From positions 40,455 to 104,454 of the IMG/VR virus record IMGVR_UViG_3300032116_000057: a stretch of 64,000 nt of DNA, one strand, 5' to 3'. This document shows, piece after piece, positions 27,685 through 38,045 of this stretch. Under the pieces are notes generated by a model. That model was not told where the DNA came from. It did no database searches and saw nothing but the letters and a program-made list of their open reading frames with translations. Each line of letters begins with the position of its first letter. Within the stretch, counting starts at the first letter, position 1. Both the position numbers and the translations under genes were made by a program. This stretch comes from a virus.

Positions 27685-28894
27685 ACTCTTCAAACTTCCC
27701 TTCTTCCCAATCCCATAACAGGTCAGTGGATGCTGGCCCGCAGTTGCGACTTGCAACAATTTTTAACTCTCTAGATGTATCGTCATTCTCATCTTGCTTT
27801 TGTAGACCAAGGATTACATCTGAGTCCTGGTAGAACGAAGATGAATATCCAATGGCGTCCGCCGAAACTTGGCGCTTCTTCATCTTCCAAAGAAGAACCT
27901 GGGTAGAGATAACCATTGGAAGTTCTTTGGACATTGCTAATTTCTTTAAGTTACGGGTGACATTTGTAATAGATTGAGGTGTGTTAATCTCCCCCGTGAT
28001 TTCATCTAACATAAGGTAAACACCGTCTACAAATACTATATTGGGACGAAGCTTATCAATCTTGGCAGCAAGACCCGTAACCGTCATTGAAGGTACTGCG
28101 TCAGTTAGATAGAAGTTGTGCATACTTTCCATCTTTGAAAGTGCTGCTCTATATCGAGCTTCTTCTTGTTGATTTAAGGATCCACGAATCAAGCGAGAAT
28201 GTGCAATCTTGGCACGCATTGCGTCGTGACGATGTTGTTGCTCAATGTTAGTCATCTCAAATGATTGGAACATGGGTACGAAACCATCTTCGTGGACGTT
28301 AACTGCAATTTGCATTGCAAGGACAGACTTACCTGTCTTTGGTGGAGCAATAATTGTTACTAACTGGCCTGGCTGTAATCCGGCAGTAGCCTTGTCGATT
28401 GTAGGAAACCCGGTAGCCATACCAAGCAAACCGTTTGGTCTAGTCTTGATAGATAGATACTCATCAAAACGCTGTGATGCATTGTCCGTAAGATCGATAT
28501 CACCAGAATCTTTTATGCCTTCGTCTGCAATCTTGGCAACGCCAACACTCATAGCAGCGATAGCTGCATCATGATCTCCGCCTTGAATTGCTTCTGCTGC
28601 AGCCTGTACTACATCAATAGTTTTTTGACGTTTACGATATTCAATTAATTGATCTAATAAATAATCCAGTGAATCATCTACAGCAAGTAAGTTATATGTA
28701 GGAAAGTTATCTTTTACAGTCACAGCTGTAGGAACTTCTTGATATTTAGTCCAATGATTTACTACGAAATTCCATACTGATCTATTGTCTTCTACAAAGA
28801 ACCAGTCACCTTTTACACCAGCCTCAAGAAGTGGAGATATATCCCGTGTTCTAATTGCTCTAGACAGAAGACGAAGTTCATTATCAGCTGCCAT
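27653..28894 (-). CDS. dnaB: DnaB-like replicative helicase
   Basis: TGFPTID..GLQPGQL..APPKTGKS, SFEM, VDGVYLM, QDSD. Confidence 0.9.
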   Translation of the reverse strand: MAADNELRLLSRAIRTRDISPLLEAGVKGDWFFVEDNRSVWNFVVNHWTKYQEVPTAVTVKDNFPTYNLLAVDDSLDYLLDQLIEYRKRQKTIDVVQAAAEAIQGGDHDAAIAAMSVGVAKIADEGIKDSGDIDLTDNASQRFDEYLSIKTRPNGLLGMATGFPTIDKATAGLQPGQLVTIIAPPKTGKSVLAMQIAVNVHEDGFVPMFQSFEMTNIEQQHRHDAMRAKIAHSRLIRGSLNQQEEARYRAALSKMESMHNFYLTDAVPSMTVTGLAAKIDKLRPNIVFVDGVYLMLDEITGEINTPQSITNVTRNLKKLAMSKELPMVISTQVLLWKMKKRQVSADAIGYSSSFYQDSDVILGLQKQDENDDTSRELKIVASRNCGPASTDLLWDWEEGKFEEYGSLFGNTSI

Positions 28895-29301
28895 TAGATC
28901 TTCCCCCCCAGGTCTATAAACTTGCTGCCATATCGTAGAGCACGAGATGGTATATCCACAACTCCGACAAGTTCAGGGCGGTAAGGCAGCTCAGCCACAA
29001 GATCGGCTACTACGTTATATCTAAGATAATAGTTAAAAGGGTTAGTACCCAAATTGTCTAAATCTTCCTGGACTTGCTGCATTTCTTTGGTAGACATGTC
29101 AAAGCCTACAAGCTCCATGGAATAACCATATTTGTCAGCAAAGCGCCAGAATAAAGACAGCGCCTGTCTATTGTAAGAAACTTCTTCCCCTACTACAGGG
29201 ACACCTAGGACCCGTTTGAAAGTGGGCTTTCGATCAATAATGCAATCTAAAGTTACCACTACTCTCAAAGGAATCCCGTTAGAGATATCGCCCCCCTTCA
29301 A
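28894..29301 (-). CDS. hypothetical protein, degenerate HAD-like fold possible
   Basis: VVVTLDCII start and GVVD near the end. Confidence 0.5.
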   Translation of the reverse strand: MKGGDISNGIPLRVVVTLDCIIDRKPTFKRVLGVPVVGEEVSYNRQALSLFWRFADKYGYSMELVGFDMSTKEMQQVQEDLDNLGTNPFNYYLRYNVVADLVAELPYRPELVGVVDIPSRALRYGSKFIDLGGKI

Positions 29302-29302
29302 G

Positions 29303-29599
29303 TTAGACTACCTCAATTTTTCCGTAATCAATTAGAAGTTGTCTAAATACTTTTGGATCTTGACTTGCGGCAATAGCGTCTAGCTTAGACGCACGAGTAG
29401 AAAGATCGCAAGGATAAATTCCACCATTCCTGTTCATCTTAACTCTAACAAACCGCATATGTTTGCATTGAGCTCTTCTCTCAGAACCAGGACAATTACA
29501 GCGTAAAGTCTTACCGTCAGAGTTTAGTTCTACTTCGTGCACGCCCGTCTCTGACAGAAAGATCTGTAACACTTGCCAGTCATTCATTTTCAAGCCCAT
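29303..29599 (-). CDS. SWIM Zn-finger protein
   Basis: CNCP...CKH. Confidence 0.8.
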   Translation of the reverse strand: MGLKMNDWQVLQIFLSETGVHEVELNSDGKTLRCNCPGSERRAQCKHMRFVRVKMNRNGGIYPCDLSTRASKLDAIAASQDPKVFRQLLIDYGKIEVV

Positions 29600-30267
29600 C
29601 GTCTTCTATCTCCCTTCTCTGATACTACGTCAATAGGAACAAAAGCTTCGTGGCCAAAACTTCCCATCGACTCACCATACATGTCATCCCACTTATCCAA
29701 AGAATAGTTGGTTGTGACTATCGTTGGCAAACCGGCGTTAAACCGTGCCCTAAGTAAAGCATCAAAAGTATTTTCTGCCCACCCTGAAGCGGTCCTATAT
29801 TCTTTTCCTAAGTCATCTAGTATGAGCAGACAAACATCGTTTTCTTTGCCCGCCTCTCCATATAAGCCTTTGATAAGCAATTCAATAGAGTCGTCATCTT
29901 CAGACCAACTCATTTTTTGTAATCTTAATAGCTTTGGGTAATCAAGAAACATAACTGGTCTTCTTACAAAGCTAGTTGAGTTTCCCCAGACAGAAGACTC
30001 TGCTGTCAGTATGAGCTCCTGTGCTACAGCAGATGCCATCGTTGTTTTACCGTGGCCCGGGCTGCCCTGGAGTAGCAACCCAAGACCACAAGTCTTTTCC
30101 CCAAACGAACGAACTACAAGTTGTTTCTTTACTAAACCAAGCCACATTGGAATTTGATTTGGTAAATGATCTAAATCCTCTAAACGCATGCCAATAGTTT
30201 TTGCAGGAAAGTTAGCATTATTAATTTGTGCTCTCTTACTTCCTGGTAAGCCCTCTAGTGAATACAT
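29590..30267 (-). CDS. DnaC/IstB-like helicase loader ATPase
   Basis: GSPGHGKT, LILDDLGKE, R....PTIVTTN, GDRR. Confidence 0.9.
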   Translation of the reverse strand: MYSLEGLPGSKRAQINNANFPAKTIGMRLEDLDHLPNQIPMWLGLVKKQLVVRSFGEKTCGLGLLLQGSPGHGKTTMASAVAQELILTAESSVWGNSTSFVRRPVMFLDYPKLLRLQKMSWSEDDDSIELLIKGLYGEAGKENDVCLLILDDLGKEYRTASGWAENTFDALLRARFNAGLPTIVTTNYSLDKWDDMYGESMGSFGHEAFVPIDVVSEKGDRRRWA

Positions 30268-31214
30268 TACCCCTCCAGTAGTTTCAACATCTTTTCCTGA
30301 TGTTGTTTCATAGCTTCTGCATCGCCCTCAGGTTGCTGATCGCGGTGCACAATTCCATGAACAGTTCCGTAGTATGCCACAAACCGACGCCACAATGGCT
30401 CACCGATTCCAGCATCACGAATTAATCGTGGATCTTTAAAGAACATGCGAACTGCTTTTAGCATTCCCACATTTGTAGATCCTTCTCCAAACATGCGTAA
30501 CATCCAGTTGCGTAGATGATCACGATTAATCTGCCCGGGAACTCCGGGAACATTTTCACGAAGCAAGTCATAAAACTCTGCGATGATGTCGTTAACATCC
30601 CAGTCCTCTTCAACACGTTCGTTACGGCGCATGTGTTTAGGGACTGCCTCAAACTTTGTGCGCTTGTACTTTGCGTTTAGTCGTGCTTGACGGTCTTCAA
30701 TTTTTCCTACGGCGCCTGGTGTTGCGTCCATCTCCTTGGCGACTTTCTTCTTTGGCGATGTTGAATCTTCTTCTTCAAAAGGCCAACCCATATCTTCTCC
30801 TTCCCGTCCGTCAGGACCTAGAGATAAAGTACGTAGTACTTTATCTCTCTTTAAGCTAAGTGACTTATCGCTAGTATTAGTACTAGCGACTGTCCCACTA
30901 TTAATGTATAGACTGCCTGAAAAACCGCTGACGGAAAACCCGTCACTGGTTTTCTTTACATAAGGCATATTAAGGTCTTCTTCAGCAAACTTCCAATAGG
31001 TGCGGAATTGACCTTTTACTCGATGCTGTTCCATTTTGATATAACCAGCTAATTCAAGTTCTTTCATAGCGCTACGTATTGCGTCTCGTCCCTCATTAAC
31101 ATCCGGGCGATCCACAGCTTCCTCAGCAGATATGACTCTACCGATTTCTAAATAGAAATAAAAAAATCCCACGGCTCGTTTTGATAACCGCGGATCTGAT
31201 GCGGGTGATTTCAT
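30267..31214 (-). CDS. putative replication initiator (N-terminal wHTH)
   Basis: DPRLSKRAVG..EGRDAIRSAMKELELAGYI; precedes the loader; start refined to ATG 31214 (GGAGG RBS). Confidence 0.7.
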   Translation of the reverse strand: MKSPASDPRLSKRAVGFFYFYLEIGRVISAEEAVDRPDVNEGRDAIRSAMKELELAGYIKMEQHRVKGQFRTYWKFAEEDLNMPYVKKTSDGFSVSGFSGSLYINSGTVASTNTSDKSLSLKRDKVLRTLSLGPDGREGEDMGWPFEEEDSTSPKKKVAKEMDATPGAVGKIEDRQARLNAKYKRTKFEAVPKHMRRNERVEEDWDVNDIIAEFYDLLRENVPGVPGQINRDHLRNWMLRMFGEGSTNVGMLKAVRMFFKDPRLIRDAGIGEPLWRRFVAYYGTVHGIVHRDQQPEGDAEAMKQHQEKMLKLLEG

Positions 31215-31237
31215 AAGCCCTCCTTCAAAGGAGGACT

Positions 31238-31498
31238 CTAGCGTGGTGGGACCCTTGGTGGCAACTTGGGGGCTGGGGCGCTCCACTCGTCTACCAAGAG
31301 GGTAAAGACTAGGGCTAAAAAGGCCGCTGCAAGCCCATAGACGGGCAAATAAAGGATCTTAGTATCCAGGACTAGGGCTGCTCCTATAGAGGCTATAAGA
31401 GCCACTAGACCGCGCCATTTGCCTATTGGACGTATTAAACCTTCTATGGCAGACAGCAAACAGGCAGAAGCCAAAGCGGCTATAAAGACTGTTTCCAT
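31238..31498 (-). CDS. small membrane protein
   Basis: Three hydrophobic segments. Confidence 0.65.
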   Translation of the reverse strand: METVFIAALASACLLSAIEGLIRPIGKWRGLVALIASIGAALVLDTKILYLPVYGLAAAFLALVFTLLVDEWSAPAPKLPPRVPPR

Positions 31499-31506
31499 GG
31501 CGCCTC

Positions 31507-34149
31507 CTATTGACGGAATATTACCCTATCCACGTCGAATACTATACCTGGGGCAGGAAGATCTGGAGTACATTCAATTTTAATGTCAGCTTTAGACGCC
31601 CCATAAATTTCAGCTTTTGGAGCGTACACGGAAATATACGCCCAACGATTTAGTGCCTGTATACGTACTGTTTTAACTTTAGTTTGTAAAACAACATTTG
31701 ACTCATCATAAAACCTAGCTTTTAATGTGTAGTTTCCAAAAGCATCCGCGTTTTCAGGTTTAATGGCTACAGATGCGTAATACCCCGAAAGGGTATCTAT
31801 TAGTTCTATGTCACTATGTATTCCAAAAGTAGTTGCCGCAGTAGACGTAACTTTTCCAAAAGCAACTCCATTTGTGGAGTACTCGTCAAATAGCGTTCCT
31901 CTAAATACTGCTCTAGTTAAAAGTGAGGAATCAGTATTCCACCCATCAGTAGAGGATTCAAAAGAAGGAGACTGTAAAATTGATGGTGTTAATTCTGGAA
32001 ATTTAGGGGTGGGTAATCCTGGTCTTAGTTCCCAGCTTGCAGCATAAGGAAGAACTAAACTAATAGTGTCTACTAATCTTGCAGCTTTAGCTGCATAATT
32101 AGTCCAGCGATAACTACGACCAGAGGATGTGGAGTCATTTTCCCACTTACAATCGCTTGTTTCTATAACTTCTTCATTGATAGGATCAGCCGGAATATTT
32201 GCGCCATCTCCATCAAAGTATGTAGACTCTACTCCACTACGTTCTAGTTGTACTCCGTCTACATAAAAAATATCTCCAACTTCTGGATTAGTTAAAAATA
32301 AAGAAACTTTTGCTGACGGCGCTCCCGCGTCTATTACATAGGTAGGGGCTATAGCAGTTACCTGTACTCTAGTAGCAGAAGTTGATACTTCTTCTTCTAT
32401 AGCCTCTACGTAATAAGAGCCTGTAGGGTAATAGTCCCCGTCCTCATCAGAAAGAATTTGAGACTGATCTTCAGCAGACTGTAATGAAGAAAATTCAAGA
32501 CGAGCTGTAATTTCTTTTGAGGACTGAGCACTAACATAAGCAGTAAATGTATATGCTTGTCCGGCTCTTACCGGCATCCAATCACTTACTATTCCAGCCC
32601 TATCTGTAGTTGAAGCAACAAACTGTGCAGCATAAGAACCCCTATGGATTGCGTAAGCTGGCGTGGTTACCCTAGTCAAAGTGCCGTCGTGCGGTGTCCA
32701 AAAATTTGTATTATTTTCAAAAGACGGGTTGTGAATAAGATTAGTTTTATCTCCAGCTGCGTATATAAGAACTTTTCTTGCATCTTCAAACGTAGTGGTT
32801 CCATCAGCAACTGCAAGCTGCAACATGTCTATAAAGTATTCAACTTGATTGTTGTTATTTGTAAAGGTAAGGGCTATAGATGCATACGCCGCGTTATCCG
32901 GTGACAGTTGGCCATTTACTCCAGAGTCCGATTTTGATGCAAATTCTTGCCAAGTAGTTGTACCAGTTAGCGCTGTATTATTTGCTGTTGAAGATATCAA
33001 AGTACCTGCTCTGTCATACCAATTGATCTTTGCAGCAACTGATCCGGTTTTACTAGAGTCTTTTATTCTTAACCAACCAGTAAATCTATATCTAGTTGCA
33101 GGTTTTACAGGCACCCCGTATAAAACTTTATCTGCAGAGGTTGAAGGTAAATTAAGAACTGGAGAAGTGTTGTGTCCATGAATCCAACCAAACCCTATAG
33201 ATCTAGGATTAAACCCAGGATTGTAAAACAGTTCTGGGCTAGGTGGACCTATAGCTATACCAACTGTGGCAAAAGAATCAGAGTACTTTACCTGCGCAAA
33301 ATTACCTACAGAGGTTACCCAATTTCCAATTGACTCTTCAAAAGAAGAATCATTATAATTTAAAAGAAGATTTTTACCAACTTCTATTTCTGGAACCCAG
33401 TGAGTAAGAGCGGTTACATAAGACTGTATAGACTGTGTGCTTCCTTTAGTTGCATTTACTTTTTCACTAACTCGGTACACGCTTCTGTGGTAAATGTCTC
33501 CCAAAACAGGTTCATAACTAAACCCACGTTCTTCTATTTTAGATTGTAATAGTTCAACGGGGGTGTACTTATAGTCCATTGATAACTCTAGTACCTTAGC
33601 TTCGGTTCTTAACTTATCGTACGCAAAAGCATACCCAGAAAGAACGTCATTTAAATAGGTGTCATCAGGCTCACCTATTTCGTCTCCTTCTATATTTAGC
33701 CAGGCAGCTGGCAACCACTTTTCTATTTTTACTAAAGTAGGGGTTACTGACTCATCTACAATTACAGTTGAGGTGTTTCCGCAGTTAATCCAATCATCGC
33801 CGTCGAATATCCAAAGAGAATAGGTTACCTGTCTTCCTCCATCCAAAGGTCCATCTATAGCGGTAGTCCTATAATTTGAAATGGTTCCACTATCGACAAT
33901 TGTCCCATCATAAGGATCATCAGCCGCACCGCTAAAATTTCTGTTTATTCTCCAGTGCGTAACTGTTGCAGCTACTCCCGGACTTAATTCTTTTTCTGGG
34001 TCTGTTAATACAGAGCTCCAATATAGATAAACTGCACCATACGTAAGTGGAATAGCCCTAAGATTTCCGTTATAGTACGCACGATTGTTTTCTATCTGGC
34101 CATATTTAAGTCCAGCCTGTCCGTATACAACAAACGAATAACGACCCAT
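31507..34149 (-). CDS. baseplate wedge/tail protein (P2 gpI-like region plus carbohydrate-binding-module-like repeats)
   Basis: KGSTQSI..VTALT; three xxSFE jelly-roll starts; follows baseplate J. Confidence 0.7.
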   Translation of the reverse strand: MGRYSFVVYGQAGLKYGQIENNRAYYNGNLRAIPLTYGAVYLYWSSVLTDPEKELSPGVAATVTHWRINRNFSGAADDPYDGTIVDSGTISNYRTTAIDGPLDGGRQVTYSLWIFDGDDWINCGNTSTVIVDESVTPTLVKIEKWLPAAWLNIEGDEIGEPDDTYLNDVLSGYAFAYDKLRTEAKVLELSMDYKYTPVELLQSKIEERGFSYEPVLGDIYHRSVYRVSEKVNATKGSTQSIQSYVTALTHWVPEIEVGKNLLLNYNDSSFEESIGNWVTSVGNFAQVKYSDSFATVGIAIGPPSPELFYNPGFNPRSIGFGWIHGHNTSPVLNLPSTSADKVLYGVPVKPATRYRFTGWLRIKDSSKTGSVAAKINWYDRAGTLISSTANNTALTGTTTWQEFASKSDSGVNGQLSPDNAAYASIALTFTNNNNQVEYFIDMLQLAVADGTTTFEDARKVLIYAAGDKTNLIHNPSFENNTNFWTPHDGTLTRVTTPAYAIHRGSYAAQFVASTTDRAGIVSDWMPVRAGQAYTFTAYVSAQSSKEITARLEFSSLQSAEDQSQILSDEDGDYYPTGSYYVEAIEEEVSTSATRVQVTAIAPTYVIDAGAPSAKVSLFLTNPEVGDIFYVDGVQLERSGVESTYFDGDGANIPADPINEEVIETSDCKWENDSTSSGRSYRWTNYAAKAARLVDTISLVLPYAASWELRPGLPTPKFPELTPSILQSPSFESSTDGWNTDSSLLTRAVFRGTLFDEYSTNGVAFGKVTSTAATTFGIHSDIELIDTLSGYYASVAIKPENADAFGNYTLKARFYDESNVVLQTKVKTVRIQALNRWAYISVYAPKAEIYGASKADIKIECTPDLPAPGIVFDVDRVIFRQ

Positions 34150-34153
34150 TTAG

Positions 34154-34696
34154 TTACATTCCGGCTAGAAGGAAAGGGTCAAACCTAACTGCTTGGGCTG
34201 TTGCATATGCTTCGTTAGCGGTAGTGTTTAACGTGTTGTATTCAGAGCTACCCACGTATAAAACATTTGCTGTTCCAACCTTAGGTTGAGCATTTCCGTT
34301 TAGATTAAACCCAAGAGTATTGGTAGAGTTATATGCTTCAAATAAGTTGCTTGTTACCGTGGCTGAGCTATTTTTTAAAGTTAACGCAACAACGTTAGCT
34401 ACAGTCATGTTATCCCCAGCCTTAAGCAAATATGGGGAAGTAGGAACGCCATTTACCAAGCCACGTTCAATATTTGATATGCGCTCATCCAAAGAATTCC
34501 AAGAAGATGTAGAGGCAAACGTTCCTGTATAGTTTGAAGTTAATAAACCATTAGTAGCATCAACTGTTCCATTAAGAGCAATTTCAATGGCACGTACTTC
34601 ATCTTGTAGCGAGTTAATGTGATCAGCAAGAATGGTATCTTGAAGATCTACTTTTGTAGTAAAGCTTCTTACCGACGTGGGAAATGAGGCTGGCAT
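34154..34696 (-). CDS. minor tail protein
   Basis: ADHINSLQDEVRAIE; position in baseplate block. Confidence 0.55.
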   Translation of the reverse strand: MPASFPTSVRSFTTKVDLQDTILADHINSLQDEVRAIEIALNGTVDATNGLLTSNYTGTFASTSSWNSLDERISNIERGLVNGVPTSPYLLKAGDNMTVANVVALTLKNSSATVTSNLFEAYNSTNTLGFNLNGNAQPKVGTANVLYVGSSEYNTLNTTANEAYATAQAVRFDPFLLAGM

Positions 34697-34709
34697 TATT
34701 TTTCCTTTT

Positions 34710-36242
34710 CTAGGCTATTCCACCGGTTAGGTTGAATACAAGGTTAGTAGGCAGAAGGTATCCAAGTTGTCCTGCACTTAATGAGATTGTACCGACAGAT
34801 GCCGCGTTAGTTGTATTGAACTTGACCAAGGTTACGTCTTCTACACCTGGAATTAGGGCCACGGTAGAGATTACAGAAGACATAGTTATTGTTTTACCAA
34901 ATTCACTATTCTCATAGGAGAACAGACCTCCAGCATTTAAAAGAGCTTTTGATATGTTCAGCTTTACAGCGGATTGTTTATAGGAATTGCTTATTGTTAC
35001 TGCTAAGGTTAAGTATACGGGAACATATGTTGGGGCCTGTACGGTTACTGTAGTTCCCACAGGAATTTTATCGTCTAAGTAGTTTTCTACTCTATTTTTT
35101 ATTTCTGTCCATGAATTTGTAGCAACAGAGTTCACAATACCTGGAGTAACAGTTCCGTCGTCTTGTGGTTGCATATATAGGGTGATGTTTGTATATACCG
35201 CACCAATAGCTTTTGTACGACCTACCTGCGCCACTGTATTTGCTAGGTACTCAAAGTCAGCTAAAGTAATTGCTCGTTTTTTAGATATAATTGCGCCCTT
35301 AATTTTTTTTCTAAGCTGTGGCCCAGAATCAGCATCTGCTCCACCGACAGCGGCAGATCCGTTACTTACTCCAATTAAAGAAAGAACTTCAGGATCTCCA
35401 TTGCCAGGAATAAAGGTAACTTCTTCTATCTTATCAGCAAATATATTTCCAGCTATGCCGATGCTTACTTTATAAAGTGCACTGATTAATTGGTTTGCCT
35501 GAGGAATTAATCCATTGACGCCATCTCCAAATATTACCGTGGTAGTACCGTCTGCATTTAACCTTGTAGTAAACACCAAATCTCGTGGACTAGAATCTGC
35601 AAGAGACTCTACGTATGTCCACGGCGTAAAAGCGGTTCCTTGTCCTACGTACACAACTAAGCTATTGTCTACAATTCCGGTGTCAAATAGATCAAACTCC
35701 TGAGCGGAGGATCCATCGGATGTTCCTACGCTTACAGGAAGGGGCTTATATGTAGTTGGGCTAATTAAATCTGGACGATCTGTGTTAACTGTTTTTCCTT
35801 CTCGTGTTAATACTGAGATGCTTTGTCCAGGTTGCAACGCAATTATTGCCTCAACTGTTTCAAAATACACTTCGCTATAGTTACCTGTAGTTAGTGGGGC
35901 CATTACTTGAGTACCAGCAGGTAGGGTTACGTTAACATCTCCATTATTTAAAAAAGTAACTAATAGTTCTGCGGGGGTAGGTCCTGAGGGTTTATAGCCG
36001 TAAAGTTCTGCAAATTTAAGGAGGGTCTCCGTCTTTACTGCCGTATCAACCCCAGTTTCGTTTGCTACTCGGTCTAGGTAATAAGACATGATGTCGCCCA
36101 TATAAGCAAAGGCGTCAAGAAGGACTGCCCCAAAATCTGACTCATCCTCAGCATCCCAGTTAAAGTTAGTTCGTTGGTTTATTAAACGAACTAAATCAGC
36201 ACGCAAAGCCTCATAGTCTCTAGAGGTGTAATCTATTTGCAT
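34710..36242 (-). CDS. baseplate J / gp6-like wedge protein
   Basis: DYTSRDYE, FGDGVNGLIP, GGADADS, RAITLADFE. Confidence 0.9.
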   Translation of the reverse strand: MQIDYTSRDYEALRADLVRLINQRTNFNWDAEDESDFGAVLLDAFAYMGDIMSYYLDRVANETGVDTAVKTETLLKFAELYGYKPSGPTPAELLVTFLNNGDVNVTLPAGTQVMAPLTTGNYSEVYFETVEAIIALQPGQSISVLTREGKTVNTDRPDLISPTTYKPLPVSVGTSDGSSAQEFDLFDTGIVDNSLVVYVGQGTAFTPWTYVESLADSSPRDLVFTTRLNADGTTTVIFGDGVNGLIPQANQLISALYKVSIGIAGNIFADKIEEVTFIPGNGDPEVLSLIGVSNGSAAVGGADADSGPQLRKKIKGAIISKKRAITLADFEYLANTVAQVGRTKAIGAVYTNITLYMQPQDDGTVTPGIVNSVATNSWTEIKNRVENYLDDKIPVGTTVTVQAPTYVPVYLTLAVTISNSYKQSAVKLNISKALLNAGGLFSYENSEFGKTITMSSVISTVALIPGVEDVTLVKFNTTNAASVGTISLSAGQLGYLLPTNLVFNLTGGIA

Positions 36243-36637
36243 TACTGAGCCGCGCTTTCTATGAGTCCATTAGCGCCAAATACTGCGCTACTTATGGTAA
36301 CAGAGGTAAGTCTATCGTTTGGAAGTGCCGCTACGATGGTTATATTCGCATAGCCTTCAGAACTAATTTCATCTAGGACTAGGCTAGTAATACGAAGTTC
36401 TGGAAGCCACCGATCCATAGCCTCGGTAATGGCTACCTTAGCAGCCGTATAAAAGTCATTATCGTTTTCAAACAAAGCGCTAGCTATGTCTGTGCCGTAG
36501 TCCGGATTCCATGGTCGTTGACCTTTGGGGGTGGATAGTAGTGTCAGCATCCTATCCATATAAATTTTAGACTCGGTGGTTACCGCCTCTAGTTTTCCAA
36601 AAAGGTCTAGGGTAAACGGGTAATTTATTGCTCTCAT
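36242..36637 (-). CDS. gp25-like baseplate/sheath-initiator protein
   Basis: LLSTPKGQRPWNPDYGT...RWLPEL. Confidence 0.9.
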   Translation of the reverse strand: MRAINYPFTLDLFGKLEAVTTESKIYMDRMLTLLSTPKGQRPWNPDYGTDIASALFENDNDFYTAAKVAITEAMDRWLPELRITSLVLDEISSEGYANITIVAALPNDRLTSVTISSAVFGANGLIESAAQ

Positions 36638-37428
36638 GCTTTAGCTCCTATCCATACGGGAAATTCGGGATCTCCACCCTCAAACATAACCCACACATTT
36701 GATCCAATTTTAGGTACAAACTTTCCTACAAAATTTACTGAAGTAATAGCACTGCCCGATAGAGCCGCCCCCGCAGAAGATCCTTGGCACCCCACCTCTA
36801 GATAATCTTTTGCTTTTAGTTCCAGGGTATAGGCAAGAGATACCTGGTGTATTGGAGCAGTTCCATTATGGTTGATTACCATATCTGTATGGTTACCGGT
36901 AACTGTACCCCCACCAGATGGGGCTACATGAGTATACGCCGTTATAGTGTGTTCGCTGATCCATCCTAAAGCTGTTACTGTTTGAGTGGTATTGGCTACG
37001 GCAATCCCGTTTTTTCTTAAAGATAAAGATATGTTGCTTTGACCCAAAGAGTTTTTTGTAAAAGTAGCTAAGGAGTTTATTAAATAAGTTCCTGTTTCAG
37101 GTATGACAATCTGTGTTCCATTCACAGTAATTTTATTAGCATTCTGTTTTGTCCAACCAGTAATTGCTGCTATAGAAGTTGTAATAGTCTGGGTAGACGA
37201 AGACGTAAAAGTTCCATACGGCATATTTACATCCGCAATTTTTCCTGTTACTTGGTCAAGCCAACCAGAGCTTTCAGTTCCAGTTACTTGAGGAACTTGA
37301 ACCTTTATGCGACCCTTTTTAAGGGGATCAGTTACGTCCACAACTCTACCTGAGTACACTCCAAAAAATCTGACTCTTCCTAAAGGATCTTGCATATAGT
37401 TAAGGTCATTAATTTCTCTCCCGTTCAT
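36634..37428 (-). CDS. gp5/VgrG OB-fold spike protein with inserted C1q-like domain
   Basis: GRVVDVTDPLKKGRIKVQVPQV ... PKIGSNVWVMFEGGDPEFPVWIG. Confidence 0.8.
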   Translation of the reverse strand: MNGREINDLNYMQDPLGRVRFFGVYSGRVVDVTDPLKKGRIKVQVPQVTGTESSGWLDQVTGKIADVNMPYGTFTSSSTQTITTSIAAITGWTKQNANKITVNGTQIVIPETGTYLINSLATFTKNSLGQSNISLSLRKNGIAVANTTQTVTALGWISEHTITAYTHVAPSGGGTVTGNHTDMVINHNGTAPIHQVSLAYTLELKAKDYLEVGCQGSSAGAALSGSAITSVNFVGKFVPKIGSNVWVMFEGGDPEFPVWIGAKA

Positions 37429-38045
37429 AGCACCCTGCTTGCTTTAGTAGCTTGCCAAGATGTGCTTCTCTTTACCGCAGAAAAGTCTGGTATAGAGTCT
37501 TGGTATAAATCCGGAGAGTTTACTGCTGGGGTTACCGCCGTATCTCGTGGCTTTATATTTACTGATTCAATAGGTGGCTTATATAACTCAGTATCATTTA
37601 CAGAAAAAGCGTAATCAACTAATACGGACTCTGCTGGAACAATATTTTGTCCAGCTAATTCCGAATTAACATCCCTAGTTTCTACAGATTTGTAAGCTTT
37701 AGGGTTTTCTTCTCCAAGCACGTCGGTACCTAACTCTACTTCAAGCATGTAGTTAGCAGGTATTCTTCCAAATCTATGAACAACTTTTAGAACTGTCCAG
37801 TATCCAGACATTCCGTTTGGTAGGCCATCAATATAAATTGGGTCGTAAGGACGTATTCCAGCGTTACCAACTAGCGTAGCTGTAGCTCTATACGCATATC
37901 GTTTAGTTTCTGCCAAATCATTGGCAATTGCTTTTGCTTCTGTTAAGCTTGTAGTAACTTCGTGCACGTGATGTTTTTTGTATTTTGCTTTTGGTTTACT
38001 ACTAGAACTAACCTTAGAATACTTTGTAGATTTAGATGGCATCAA
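37425..38045 (-). CDS. baseplate hub, C-terminal part (gpD/gp27-like)
   Basis: ATLVGNAGIRP..I.IDGL..MSGYWTVLKVVH. Confidence 0.7.
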   Translation of the reverse strand: MMPSKSTKYSKVSSSSKPKAKYKKHHVHEVTTSLTEAKAIANDLAETKRYAYRATATLVGNAGIRPYDPIYIDGLPNGMSGYWTVLKVVHRFGRIPANYMLEVELGTDVLGEENPKAYKSVETRDVNSELAGQNIVPAESVLVDYAFSVNDTELYKPPIESVNIKPRDTAVTPAVNSPDLYQDSIPDFSAVKRSTSWQATKASRVL

